DNA of 64,000 nt from NCBI RefSeq assembly GCF_046290545.1, contig NZ_JBKAGV010000005.1:109766-173765 (forward strand). Reading direction: 5' to 3'. The stretch is from Pikeienuella sp. (GTDB taxonomy: Bacteria; Pseudomonadota; Alphaproteobacteria; Rhodobacterales; Rhodobacteraceae). The notes under the pieces were generated by a model, which saw only the letters and a program-made list of their open reading frames with translations, was not told where the DNA came from and searched no databases. Each line of letters opens with the position of its first letter. Position 1 is the first letter of the stretch. Position numbers and translations under genes: made by a program. This document shows positions 37,337 through 46,144 of this stretch, in pieces.

Positions 37337-37732
37337 ATGCTGGAGAGTTCGGGTCGGGCGTCAGAAGTCGGTGCGGTCGGGGCTGACCGCATATTCCTCC
37401 GTGATCATGTGGCTGAGGTCGAGATCGGGGCCTATGCGGAGGAGTTCGGAAGGCGGCAGCGCCTGCGCTTCTCCGTCGAGCTCGAGGTTGCGCCCTTCGC
37501 TGCGGATGCGCCGGACGAGGAGGCGAGCGTCGTCTCCTACGACCTCATCCTTCATGCGATCCGCGACCTCGCCGCAGGGCCGCGGATCAAGCTGCTGGAG
37601 ACCTTCGCGGCGCGGCTCGCCGCGCGGCTCCTCGCACATCGCGGCGTCCTCGCCGCGCGCATCCGGATCGAGAAGCTGGACCGGACCTCCGGCGCGCTCG
37701 GCGTGGAGATCGAGCGGCGGGCGCTCAGATGA
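37337..37732 (+). CDS. folB: Dihydroneopterin aldolase
   Basis: DRIFLRDH, EIGAYAEE, QRLRF, SYD, LLETFA and IEKLD. Confidence 0.82.
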   Translation: MLESSGRASEVGAVGADRIFLRDHVAEVEIGAYAEEFGRRQRLRFSVELEVAPFAADAPDEEASVVSYDLILHAIRDLAAGPRIKLLETFAARLAARLLAHRGVLAARIRIEKLDRTSGALGVEIERRALR

Positions 37733-38618
37733 CGATGCGCTCGCCCCGGTCCGCCACGCGCTCCGAGGCGGCGAGGAGTTCGGCGACGGGGCGGCGGAGC
37801 GCCTCGGCGGCGGCCTCGTGCATCTCGGGCGAGGGATAGTAGCGGTTCTCCGTCACCGGCATGCCGAACGGGGTCTGCAGCACGGGCGCGCCGCTGCGCG
37901 TCAGGTCCTGCGGCATTCCCTTCGAGGTGACGCAATAGACGACCTCGTCGGCCAGCGGGCTCACCGCGTCGATCATCTCCTGATCGACGAACTGGGGATA
38001 TTTCAGCGCCGGGTTCTCCGCCGTCACCTTCGGCCCCTCGTTCGGGCTCCGCTCGGAGAACCAGAGGAGGACGCGCTTGGTCTGGATCGACTGGAGGAGG
38101 ACGCGGGTTCGCGCGACCCAGGCCGTCTTCAGCTCGGTCTCGACCGCGAGGAACTTCTCCGGGTCGTCCTCCGCGATCTGGTTCAGCATGTTGTGGGCGT
38201 AGGTGAAAGTCTCGAAATCGACATGGGGGAAGAGATCCTCCAGCGCCTTCGAGACAGCCTCGATCTGCGCGTTCCGCGCCAGCTTCACCTTGAAGAGCCG
38301 GTTGGAGAGGGAGCGGGCGCTCATCACCTGCACGACGCAGAGATCGGCGGCGGAGGCGGCCTCCAGCACCTCCGAATCGCGAAGAAAGAAGCCCGGGCCG
38401 GCGTTGGCGGTGCCGAAATTCACGACCTGCCGGCCCAGCATATCCCCCAGAAGGGCCGGAAACGGCCTCTCGACATAGCGCCCGAAGGTCTGCGCCCCGC
38501 CGATACAGGCGATATAGGGCTGCGAGAGATCGGGCTTCGGTCCGCGATAGACCTGGGAGAGGCGGCCCCAGACATAGCCGTCATAGTCGATGAAGGCCTG
38601 ATCGGGTTTCTGATACAT
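37725..38618 (-). CDS. DUF6473-like protein (SGNH-like, Rhodobacterales)
   Basis: YRGPKPDL..PYIACIGGAQTFGRYV..PF, NFGTANAG and C-terminal HEAAA; family recalled. Confidence 0.72.
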   Translation of the reverse strand: MYQKPDQAFIDYDGYVWGRLSQVYRGPKPDLSQPYIACIGGAQTFGRYVERPFPALLGDMLGRQVVNFGTANAGPGFFLRDSEVLEAASAADLCVVQVMSARSLSNRLFKVKLARNAQIEAVSKALEDLFPHVDFETFTYAHNMLNQIAEDDPEKFLAVETELKTAWVARTRVLLQSIQTKRVLLWFSERSPNEGPKVTAENPALKYPQFVDQEMIDAVSPLADEVVYCVTSKGMPQDLTRSGAPVLQTPFGMPVTENRYYPSPEMHEAAAEALRRPVAELLAASERVADRGERIVI

Positions 38619-38663
38619 CGCGCACACTCCAGCTTCCGGCGGGGGCAGTCTCGCGCCCTTCGG

Positions 38664-38678
38664 TGAAGGCCGGGTTAA
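38664..38678 (-). promoter_or_regulatory. Candidate CtrA box (TTAA-N7-TTCA on minus strand)
   Basis: Plus strand TGAA GGCCGGG TTAA, about 45 nt upstream of the DUF6473-like start. Confidence 0.5.
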
Positions 38679-38783
38679 ACGGAGGGCGAGAGGCGCGCCC
38701 TCCGCCCTGCGGGCGCCGGCCGGGCGGGCGCCCCCGTCAAGCCGCCTGGCGGGGCGTGTGCACACGCTGTGCAAGGGGGTCAA

Positions 38784-38814
38784 CTATCTGATAAAATTAT
38801 ATTATCAGAAATAG
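38784..38814. other. AT-rich inverted repeat TCTGATAA-N7-TTATCAGA (operator or recombination site)
   Basis: Perfect 8-bp arms at 38787-38794 and 38802-38809 in a roughly 30-nt near-pure AT island. Confidence 0.7.
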
Positions 38815-38830
38815 CGCGTGGAAAACGAAC

Positions 38831-39058
38831 GTGGCCCGCGCGCCCGGTTTCTCCGTGCTCCACCGGGATCATCTCGCCACGGTGAAGGCGATCACGGACC
38901 ATGCCGGGGTGCCGTCGGTGGTGCGCGCCTTCACGCCCTATGGCGACGGGGAGGGGCTGGAGACGGCGAAGCCGGGCGCGGCTCCGCCCGAATCGAAGGG
39001 CTATATCGGCGAGCGGTTCGACCCGGAGACGGGGCTGTAGCGCCCCGATGCGCGCCGT
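38831..39058 (+). pseudogene. Remnant of an Rhs repeat-associated core domain
   Basis: LHRDHLATVKAITDHAG...FTPYG...ESKGYIGERFDPETGL then TAG where Rhs cores continue QYLNARYYDP; residues after the stop read RPDAR, resembling YLNAR. Confidence 0.75.
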
Positions 39059-39703
39059 TCAGCGCCCGGGTTCCCCGGCCAGCCCGCGCGCCATGCGCCC
39101 GGCCAGCGCCTCCTCCCCTGCCGCGCGGAGGCCGGAGACGGCGCCCTGCAGGTCCCGCGCCTCGCGGTTCTGGCTCAGCTTCGACTTCGCCGTGACGCGG
39201 CGGACGGCGATGCGGAAGGCGACGATGCCGGCGAGCATCGTCTCCATGTAGTCCGCCGGCGCGTCGGCCATGCGCCAGGCCGCGTCGCCGTTCGCCCGCC
39301 GCTCCCGCCGGCTGGTGAGGAGGCCGACGGCGGCGCGCTTCGCCGGCTCGTCATGCTGGAAGGAGATCGCGCCGTGGACATGGACGACGCGGTAATTCCA
39401 GGTCGGCACCACGCGGTGATGCTCCGCCTTGCCCGGATACCAGTTGGGGGAGATGTATCCCTCCTCCGCGCGGAAGATCGCCAGAACCTCCTGCCCCTCC
39501 GCGATCAGGCGGTGCATGTCGTTCCCGAGCGCGACATGGCCGATCATCTCGCCCGGCCTTCCGGGGAGGAGCGGGATGTGGTTCGCGATCAGGCCCTCCG
39601 CCGTCTCAGCCACGATGCAGGCGAGCGGGTGATCCTCGATCAGGCCGGCGACGGCGGCCTCGTCGGTTTCCCTGAAATGGTCGGGGAGATACATGGCCTT
39701 CAC
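39059..39703 (-). CDS. PaiB-family FMN-binding negative transcriptional regulator
   Basis: MYLPDHF, NHIP, GHVA, GYISPNWY, VPTWNY.VVHVHG and KLSQNR. Confidence 0.9.
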   Translation of the reverse strand: MKAMYLPDHFRETDEAAVAGLIEDHPLACIVAETAEGLIANHIPLLPGRPGEMIGHVALGNDMHRLIAEGQEVLAIFRAEEGYISPNWYPGKAEHHRVVPTWNYRVVHVHGAISFQHDEPAKRAAVGLLTSRRERRANGDAAWRMADAPADYMETMLAGIVAFRIAVRRVTAKSKLSQNREARDLQGAVSGLRAAGEEALAGRMARGLAGEPGR

Positions 39704-39788
39704 CTCGCCGCGCGCATGTGGGGTATCTGGATAGATTCCTGAATGGCGGCATAGGGTTGGATGCCCTGCGCACTGTGCGCATGGCCCC

Positions 39789-41303
39789 TCACCGGTTGCC
39801 CCGCCGGGCGAAGCGCGCCGCCTCTTCCGCCGCGCGCATCACGGCGCGGGCCTTGTGAATCGTCTCCATCCGCTCCGCCTCCGGGTCCGAATCCCAGACG
39901 ACGCCGCCGCCCGCCTGCACATAGAGCGCGCCGTCCTTGATGACGGCGGAGCGGAGGGCGATGCACATGTCCATGTCGTCCGCCGAGGAGATATGGCCGA
40001 CGCCGCCGGCATAGGGCCCGCGCTTCTCCGTCTCCAGCTCGTCGATGATCTGCATCGCCCGGATTTTCGGCGCGCCGGAGACGGTGCCCGCGGGGAGGCC
40101 GGCGAGGAGGGCGGCGAGCGCGTCATGGCTCGGGTCGAGCTCCCCCTCCACGTTGGAGACGATGTGCATGACGTGGGAATAGCGCTCAACGGTGAATTCC
40201 GCGGTGGGCCGCACGGTGCCGATCTTCGCGACGCGGCCGACATCGTTCCGCCCGAGATCGAGCAGCATGAGGTGTTCCGCCAGCTCCTTCGGGTCCGCCA
40301 TCAGCTCGGCCTCCAGCGCCCGATCCTCCGCCTCATTCTCCCCGCGCCGCCGCGTGCCGGCGATGGGGCGGATGGTGACGATGCCGCCGCGGACCTTCAC
40401 CAGCACTTCGGGGCTCGCGCCCGCAAGCTGGAAGCCGCCGAAGTTGAAGTAGAACATGTAAGGCGATGGGTTCGTCCGCCTCAGCGCCCGGTAGAAGGTG
40501 AAGGGCGGGTAGGGGAAATCGAGCCGCCAGCGCTGCGAGAGCACGACCTGGAAGATGTCCCCCGCCGCGATGTACTCCCGCGCCTTCGCGACCATGCCGA
40601 GATAGGCCTCGACCGGCGTGTTGGAAACGGGCGCGCCGATCTCCGCCGCCTCCATCAGCGCGCGATCCGCAGGAACCGGCCGGTCCAGCGCCGCCACGGC
40701 GTCGGAGAGCCGCTCCGCCGCCTGGGCGTAGGCGGCGCGGGCGGGCTGCCCCTCCCGCGCCCAGACGGGGGCGATCAGCGTCACCACATCCTTCACCGCG
40801 TCCATTACGGCGACGACGGTGGGGCGCATCATCAGGCTGTCCGGCAGGCCGAGCGGATCGGGCTTGCCCGTGGGGTAGGGGAGCCGCTCCGCCTGCCGCA
40901 CCATGTCATAGCCGAAGAAGCCGAAGAGCCCGGCGGCGATGGGGGGAAGCTCCGGCGGCAGGTCGATGCGGCTCTCCGCCTGGAAGGCGCGGAGCGAGGC
41001 GAGGGGGGGCAGGGGATCATCCTCGAACGCGTCCTGGTCGTAGCGGGCGGCGCGGTTGAGGCTCGCACGGTCTCCGACGCAGCGCCAGATCACGTCCGGC
41101 TTCATGCCGAGCGCGGAATAGCGGCCCTTGATCTCCCCGCCCGTGACGGATTCGAGAAGGAAGCTGTTCTCCGCCGCGCCGGTGAGCTTCAGCATCAGCG
41201 AGACGGGCGTATCGAGATCGGCGGGCAGCTGGGTCCAGAGCACCTGGTTCTCGCCCCGCGCATGAGCCGCCTCGAAGGCGGCGTAATCAGGCCGGATCTC
41301 CAT
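39789..41303 (-). CDS. trpE: Anthranilate synthase component I
   Basis: ADLDTPVS, FLLESV.GGE, GDIFQVVLSQR, NPSPYM, RPIAGTRRRG, KELAEHLMLLDLGRND, GTVSGAPK and QAGGGVV. Confidence 0.95.
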   Translation of the reverse strand: MEIRPDYAAFEAAHARGENQVLWTQLPADLDTPVSLMLKLTGAAENSFLLESVTGGEIKGRYSALGMKPDVIWRCVGDRASLNRAARYDQDAFEDDPLPPLASLRAFQAESRIDLPPELPPIAAGLFGFFGYDMVRQAERLPYPTGKPDPLGLPDSLMMRPTVVAVMDAVKDVVTLIAPVWAREGQPARAAYAQAAERLSDAVAALDRPVPADRALMEAAEIGAPVSNTPVEAYLGMVAKAREYIAAGDIFQVVLSQRWRLDFPYPPFTFYRALRRTNPSPYMFYFNFGGFQLAGASPEVLVKVRGGIVTIRPIAGTRRRGENEAEDRALEAELMADPKELAEHLMLLDLGRNDVGRVAKIGTVRPTAEFTVERYSHVMHIVSNVEGELDPSHDALAALLAGLPAGTVSGAPKIRAMQIIDELETEKRGPYAGGVGHISSADDMDMCIALRSAVIKDGALYVQAGGGVVWDSDPEAERMETIHKARAVMRAAEEAARFARRGNR

Positions 41304-41507
41304 CAGAAGCAGCTTTTCGGGGGGCGATGCGGCACTTTGCGGGTCCTTCTGCGGCGCGTGGGCGCGCGGACCATAGGCGGAGGCTCCGGCCCCGGCAAGC
41401 GGCGGGGGCGCGGCGCTTGCGACCAATGCGACGGGCGGGCCGAGGCGGCTTCACAGCGGCGCCGCGCTCGCCTATGTCTGCGGGCGAAACCTTCAGGGAG
41501 AGCCGCC

Positions 41508-41828
41508 ATGACGACTTTCAACGACCGCGAAAAGGCCTTCGAATCCAAGTTCGCCCATGATGCGGAGCTGCAGTTCAAGGTCGCTGCGCGGCGGAACAAG
41601 CTGCTCGGCCTCTGGCTCGCCGGGCCGCTGGGCGAGGCGGATGCGGACGCCTATGCGCGCTCGGTCGTCGTCGCCGACCTCCAGGAAGCGGGGGACGAGG
41701 ACGTGATGCGGAAGGTCATGGCCGACATCGCCGCCAAGGGCGCCGCTGTCACCGAGGCGGATGTGCGCGCGAAACTCGCCGCGCTGGAGGCCGAGGCCAA
41801 GATCCAGATCATGAGCGAGATCGACTGA
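41508..41828 (+). CDS. DUF1476 / F1Fo ATPase inhibitor zeta subunit
   Basis: MTTFNDREKAFESKFAHDAELQFKVAARRNKLLGLW closely resembles the Paracoccus zeta subunit N-terminus. Confidence 0.88.
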   Translation: MTTFNDREKAFESKFAHDAELQFKVAARRNKLLGLWLAGPLGEADADAYARSVVVADLQEAGDEDVMRKVMADIAAKGAAVTEADVRAKLAALEAEAKIQIMSEID

Positions 41829-41869
41829 GGCGGCGTCGGCCGCCCCGGCCGCATCGGGCCGGGGCGCCT

Positions 41870-41971
41870 TCAGCCGGCGAAGGCGGCGCCGAGGGTGAGC
41901 GCGACCCATCCGAGCGCGAAAACCGACAGCATCACCGTGCGAAGCGTGAAGCTTCGGGGTTCGTTTTCCAT
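41870..41971 (-). CDS. Candidate 33-aa single-TM small protein
   Basis: GGAG 6 nt before ATG; MENEPRSFTLRTVMLSVFALGWVALTLGAAFAG. Confidence 0.45.
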   Translation of the reverse strand: MENEPRSFTLRTVMLSVFALGWVALTLGAAFAG

Positions 41972-42093
41972 CATCATCTCCGGGGTGGAGCGCCCCCAGC
42001 GGGGCCTGTGACGTTCAGATGGGGAGCCGATGGGGCCGCGCAAGCGCGGATCGCGCAATCGGCGCCGGGCCCGTGCAGGCCTGCACGTTTCCG

Positions 42094-43407
42094 TTACCCT
42101 TCGTCCTCCGGCCCGAAGACCCGCGCGAAGATCGTGTCGACATGCCTCGTGTGATGCGCGAGGTCGAAATTCGCCTCGATCTCCTCGGCCGTCATCGCGG
42201 CTGAAACCTCCGGATCGGCCTTCAGCGCCGCGAGGAAATCCGCCTCCTCCTCCCAGACCTTCATCGCGTTCCGCTGCACGAGCCGGTAGGAATCCTCCCG
42301 GCTCACGCCCTTCTGCGTCAGCGCGAGGAGCACGCGCTGCGAATGGACGAGGCCGCGGAAGCGGTTGAGGTTGCGCTCCATGTTATCGGGGTGGACGACC
42401 AGCTTCTCGATCACGCCAGTGAGGCGGGCGAGCGCGAAATCGAGGGTGATCGTCGCGTCCGGGCCGATCATCCGCTCGACCGAGGAATGGGAGATGTCCC
42501 GCTCGTGCCAGAGCGCGACATTCTCCATCGCCGGCAGCGCATAGGCGCGGACCATGCGGGCGAGGCCGGTCAGGTTCTCGGTCAGCACCGGGTTGCGCTT
42601 GTGCGGCATGGCCGAGGAGCCCTTCTGGCCGGGGGAGAAGTATTCCTCCGCCTCCAGAACCTCGGTGCGCTGAAGATGCCGGATCTCCACCGCCACGCGC
42701 TCGACGGAGGAGGCGATCACGCCGAGGACGGCGAAGAACATCGCGTGCCGGTCCCTCGGGATGACCTGGGTGGAGACGGGCTCCGTCTCCAGCCCGAGCT
42801 TCGCGGCGACATGCGCCTCCACCGCAGGGTCGATATTGGCGAAGGTGCCGACGGCGCCGGAGATCGCGCAGGTCGCCACCTCGGCCCGCGCCTGTGCTAG
42901 GCGGGAGCGGTTGCGGTCCATCTCCGCCCAGGCCTGCGCGAGCTTGAGGCCGAAGGTGGTCGGTTCGGCATGGACGCCGTGGCTGCGGCCGATGCAGATG
43001 GTGAACCTGTGCTCGAAGGCCCGCCGCTTCAGCGCCTCGCAGAGATCGTCCATATCGTCGAGCAGGATATCCGCCGCGCGGACGAGCTGGACGTTGAAGC
43101 AGGTGTCGAGCACGTCGGACGAGGTCATGCCCTGGTGGACGAAGCGCGCCTCCGGCCCGACATGCTCGGCGAGATGGGTGAGGAAGGCGATGACGTCATG
43201 CTTCACCTCGCGCTCGATCTCGTCGATGCGGGCGACGTCGAACTCGACATCCTTCGCTTTCCAGACCGCCTTCGCCGCGCTTTCCGGCACCACGCCAAGA
43301 TCGGCCAGCGCGTCGGTCGCATGGGCCTCGATCTCGAACCAGATGCGGAACTTCGTTTCCGGAGACCAGATGGCGGTCATTTCCGGGCGGGAATAGCGGG
43401 GGATCAT
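42094..43407 (-). CDS. purB: Adenylosuccinate lyase
   Basis: MIPRYSRPEM, HDVIAFLT, HQGMTSSD, GRSHGVHAEP, GSSAMPHKRNP and WHERDISHSS. Confidence 0.96.
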   Translation of the reverse strand: MIPRYSRPEMTAIWSPETKFRIWFEIEAHATDALADLGVVPESAAKAVWKAKDVEFDVARIDEIEREVKHDVIAFLTHLAEHVGPEARFVHQGMTSSDVLDTCFNVQLVRAADILLDDMDDLCEALKRRAFEHRFTICIGRSHGVHAEPTTFGLKLAQAWAEMDRNRSRLAQARAEVATCAISGAVGTFANIDPAVEAHVAAKLGLETEPVSTQVIPRDRHAMFFAVLGVIASSVERVAVEIRHLQRTEVLEAEEYFSPGQKGSSAMPHKRNPVLTENLTGLARMVRAYALPAMENVALWHERDISHSSVERMIGPDATITLDFALARLTGVIEKLVVHPDNMERNLNRFRGLVHSQRVLLALTQKGVSREDSYRLVQRNAMKVWEEEADFLAALKADPEVSAAMTAEEIEANFDLAHHTRHVDTIFARVFGPEDEG

Positions 43408-43479
43408 CGGGGGCCTCGGCTCGCTGCTGGCCGGGGTGTAGCGCCGGGCGGCGGGGCTGTCCACCGCCCGGCGCGAAGG

Positions 43480-46134
43480 TCAGAAGTAGAGCGAGAGGTC
43501 CCTGTGGTTCGCAACGCAGGCGGCGAGGAATTTCGCCTGATCCTCGGTGAGATCCGCCTGGGCCCGGGCGCCGATCGTGTCCCTGATCCCGTCCAGATAG
43601 GCCTGAAGGCCGGGAGCGGCCTCCCGCCACGCGATCTGCTCCTGATAGGCCGCCATGGTGGCCTCATGCGCCGCCAGCGCATCCTCGATGCTGAAGGAGC
43701 GTTCGCGGAGCGCGCGGCGGGCCTTCGCAAGCTCGGACCGCACGTCGCCCGCCCCCTCGATGGCGCCGAGCCGGCTTTCCATCTCCTGCACGGCGGCTTC
43801 GAGCGCCGGTTGGTCCGCCTCCGTCCCTGCGGCGATCACGTCGCGGAGCGCGGCGAGATCGGCTCCGATATCGAGATAGGCCGGCGTCGCCTGCAGCGTG
43901 GCCAGGACCTTGGCGGGATCGTCATAGGCCTTGTCCGCGTTGCGGGTGAAGAGTGTGCGGGCGTCATCCTCCGCCTTGGTGAGCTTGGCGAATTCATCAT
44001 GCACGCTGTCCCATTCGGCGGGTATGAGGGACTCCAGCCGCGCCTTGTCTGTTTCCAGCACTGCGAGGCGCGCCTCCAGCTCCGCCCGCCGTTCCTCGAT
44101 GTCGTCGCCGCGAAGCCGGCTGAGCTGGACCCGGATGCGCTCGATCTCCTCCGCTTCGTCACGGATCAGGCGTTCATAACCGCGCACCTCGGTCAGGATC
44201 GGGCGATAGGCCGGGGCGGCGGCTTCCACAGCCGCGATTCCCTCGTAGATGGCGGCGAGGGCGGATGAGGCCGTCTCCGCCGCCTCGAAGCCTCCGGTCG
44301 CGTCCTGCTGGAGCGAACGGGGCAGGGGCGAGAGATCGAGCGTCTTCGCCGAGGCGATGGCCGCCATGGTCGCCCCGCCGTCATTGCCCATCGTCTCCCG
44401 CACATAGTCCGTAAGGCAGGCCTGGAGCCGCGGGTTGCGCGGCGGCGGCGCCGTTTCCGCCAGAAGCGAGGACCGGGAGGGCAGGTAGTTCACGAGCGGC
44501 GGATAGAGGCCGACGATGACCAGCGCGGTCAGCTGCAGCGCGATGAACGAGATCACGCCACGATACATCTGCACCGTCCGCACCGTCGCCGGGGCCACGC
44601 CGCGCAGGTAGAAGAGCGCGAAGCCGAAGGGCGGCGTGAGGAACGATGTCTGGATGTTGAGGCCGATCATCACGCCCAGCCAGACGGCGGTGATGTTCGC
44701 GCCGGGATCGGACAGCAGGATCGGCGCAACGATCGGCACCACGACCACGGCGATCTCGATGAAGTCGAGGAAGAAGCCGAGGATGAAGATGACGAGCATC
44801 ACGACGATGAACTGCGCCCAGAAGCCGCCCGGCAGCGACTGGAGGAAGTCCTTCACCAGATCCTCGCCGCCGAAGGCGCGGAAGGCCGAGGTGAGCATCG
44901 CGGCGCCGAGGAGGATGATGAAGACGAGCGAGGTCGTCTTCGCCGTCTCGACCATCACGCCCTGGAGCGTGCGGTTGAAGCGGAACGTGCGGATGCCGCT
45001 CCAGGCGAGGGCTGCGATCAGGAAGAGGACGCCGATCACGCCGATCGTGATGCCGAAGGAGTCTTCCGGCGACGTGACCGACTTGATGTTCATCGTGTAG
45101 TTCGTCGTCGCATAGGCGACGATCGCGAGCCCGATCGCGGCGAGAATCGCCGGGATATAGGCGCGGAGCCCGCCCGACGGATGCAGCCGGTAGCCGGCCA
45201 TGATCATGGCGCCCGCGGCGCCGATGGCGCCGGCCTGGTTCACCGTGGCGATGCCGGCGATGATCGAGCCGAGGACGAGGAAGATCAGCGTGAGCGGCGG
45301 CACGAGGGTCACGAAGACCTCGACGAGGAACTTCCGGTCCCACTCGCCCTCGTAATGCACGGCCGGCGCCTTCGAGGGCCGGATCAGCGCATAGGAGAGA
45401 ATGAAGATCATGTAGAGCGCGACGAGCAGGAGGCCCGGAACCATCGCGCCGAGGAACATCTCGCCCGCCGAAGTCGAGCTCACGTCGAACACGGAGGGCA
45501 TGGAGAGCTCGCCCGTCGCCTCCTTGTGCAGCGCCTTGCGGAGTGTCGAGGCCTGGTCGGTCGCGGAGGCGAGCTGGTCCGCGAGGATGATGAGCACGAT
45601 GGAGGGCGGGATGATCTGCCCGAGCGTGCCCGACGCCGCGATCGTGCCGGTTGCGAGCGACGGCGAGTAGTTGTTCCGCAGCATCGCGGGCAGGGAGATC
45701 AGGCCCATCGCCACGACCGTCGCGCCCACGATGCCAGTGGTCGCCGCGAGAAGCGCGCCGACGAAGACGACGGAGATGCCGAGGCCGCCGGGCACCGGCC
45801 CGAAGAGCCGCGCCATCGTGACCAGCAGGTCCTCCGCGATCTTCGACTGCTGGAGCATGATGCCCATGAAGATGAAGAGCGGAATGGCGATCAGCGTATC
45901 CCGGTCGACATCCCAGTAGACGCCCCGAAGGTTCGTCACGCCCGCGGACAGCCATTGCGAGGGGCCGCCGGTATGGAAGTAGGCGTCAGGATTCTCGGCG
46001 AAGACCCAGCCGGCCGCCGCAGCGAGGCCGATGGAGATGATCGCGGCGCCGGGCAGGGCGAAGGCCACCGGATAACCGGAGCCGAGCGCCGCCGCCATCA
46101 GGACGACGAGGAGGGCGAGAAAGAGGAGTTCCAT
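43480..46134 (-). CDS. TRAP transporter large permease (DctM) with about 330-aa C-terminal helical extension
   Basis: LIAIPLFIFMG, GTLGQIIPPS, GFFLDFIEI and QTSFLTPPFGFALFYL; long soluble tail after PPLVNYLP. Confidence 0.9.
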   Translation of the reverse strand: MELLFLALLVVLMAAALGSGYPVAFALPGAAIISIGLAAAAGWVFAENPDAYFHTGGPSQWLSAGVTNLRGVYWDVDRDTLIAIPLFIFMGIMLQQSKIAEDLLVTMARLFGPVPGGLGISVVFVGALLAATTGIVGATVVAMGLISLPAMLRNNYSPSLATGTIAASGTLGQIIPPSIVLIILADQLASATDQASTLRKALHKEATGELSMPSVFDVSSTSAGEMFLGAMVPGLLLVALYMIFILSYALIRPSKAPAVHYEGEWDRKFLVEVFVTLVPPLTLIFLVLGSIIAGIATVNQAGAIGAAGAMIMAGYRLHPSGGLRAYIPAILAAIGLAIVAYATTNYTMNIKSVTSPEDSFGITIGVIGVLFLIAALAWSGIRTFRFNRTLQGVMVETAKTTSLVFIILLGAAMLTSAFRAFGGEDLVKDFLQSLPGGFWAQFIVVMLVIFILGFFLDFIEIAVVVVPIVAPILLSDPGANITAVWLGVMIGLNIQTSFLTPPFGFALFYLRGVAPATVRTVQMYRGVISFIALQLTALVIVGLYPPLVNYLPSRSSLLAETAPPPRNPRLQACLTDYVRETMGNDGGATMAAIASAKTLDLSPLPRSLQQDATGGFEAAETASSALAAIYEGIAAVEAAAPAYRPILTEVRGYERLIRDEAEEIERIRVQLSRLRGDDIEERRAELEARLAVLETDKARLESLIPAEWDSVHDEFAKLTKAEDDARTLFTRNADKAYDDPAKVLATLQATPAYLDIGADLAALRDVIAAGTEADQPALEAAVQEMESRLGAIEGAGDVRSELAKARRALRERSFSIEDALAAHEATMAAYQEQIAWREAAPGLQAYLDGIRDTIGARAQADLTEDQAKFLAACVANHRDLSLYF

Positions 46135-46144
46135 GTGCGCGCCC

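Noticed and set aside
38785-38812. Chromosomal dif site (replication terminus)
   Set aside because: The dyad spacer is 7 bp, the second arm does not fit XerC/XerD well, and KOPS orientation does not flip across this position. Kept only as a possible accessory recombination site or operator
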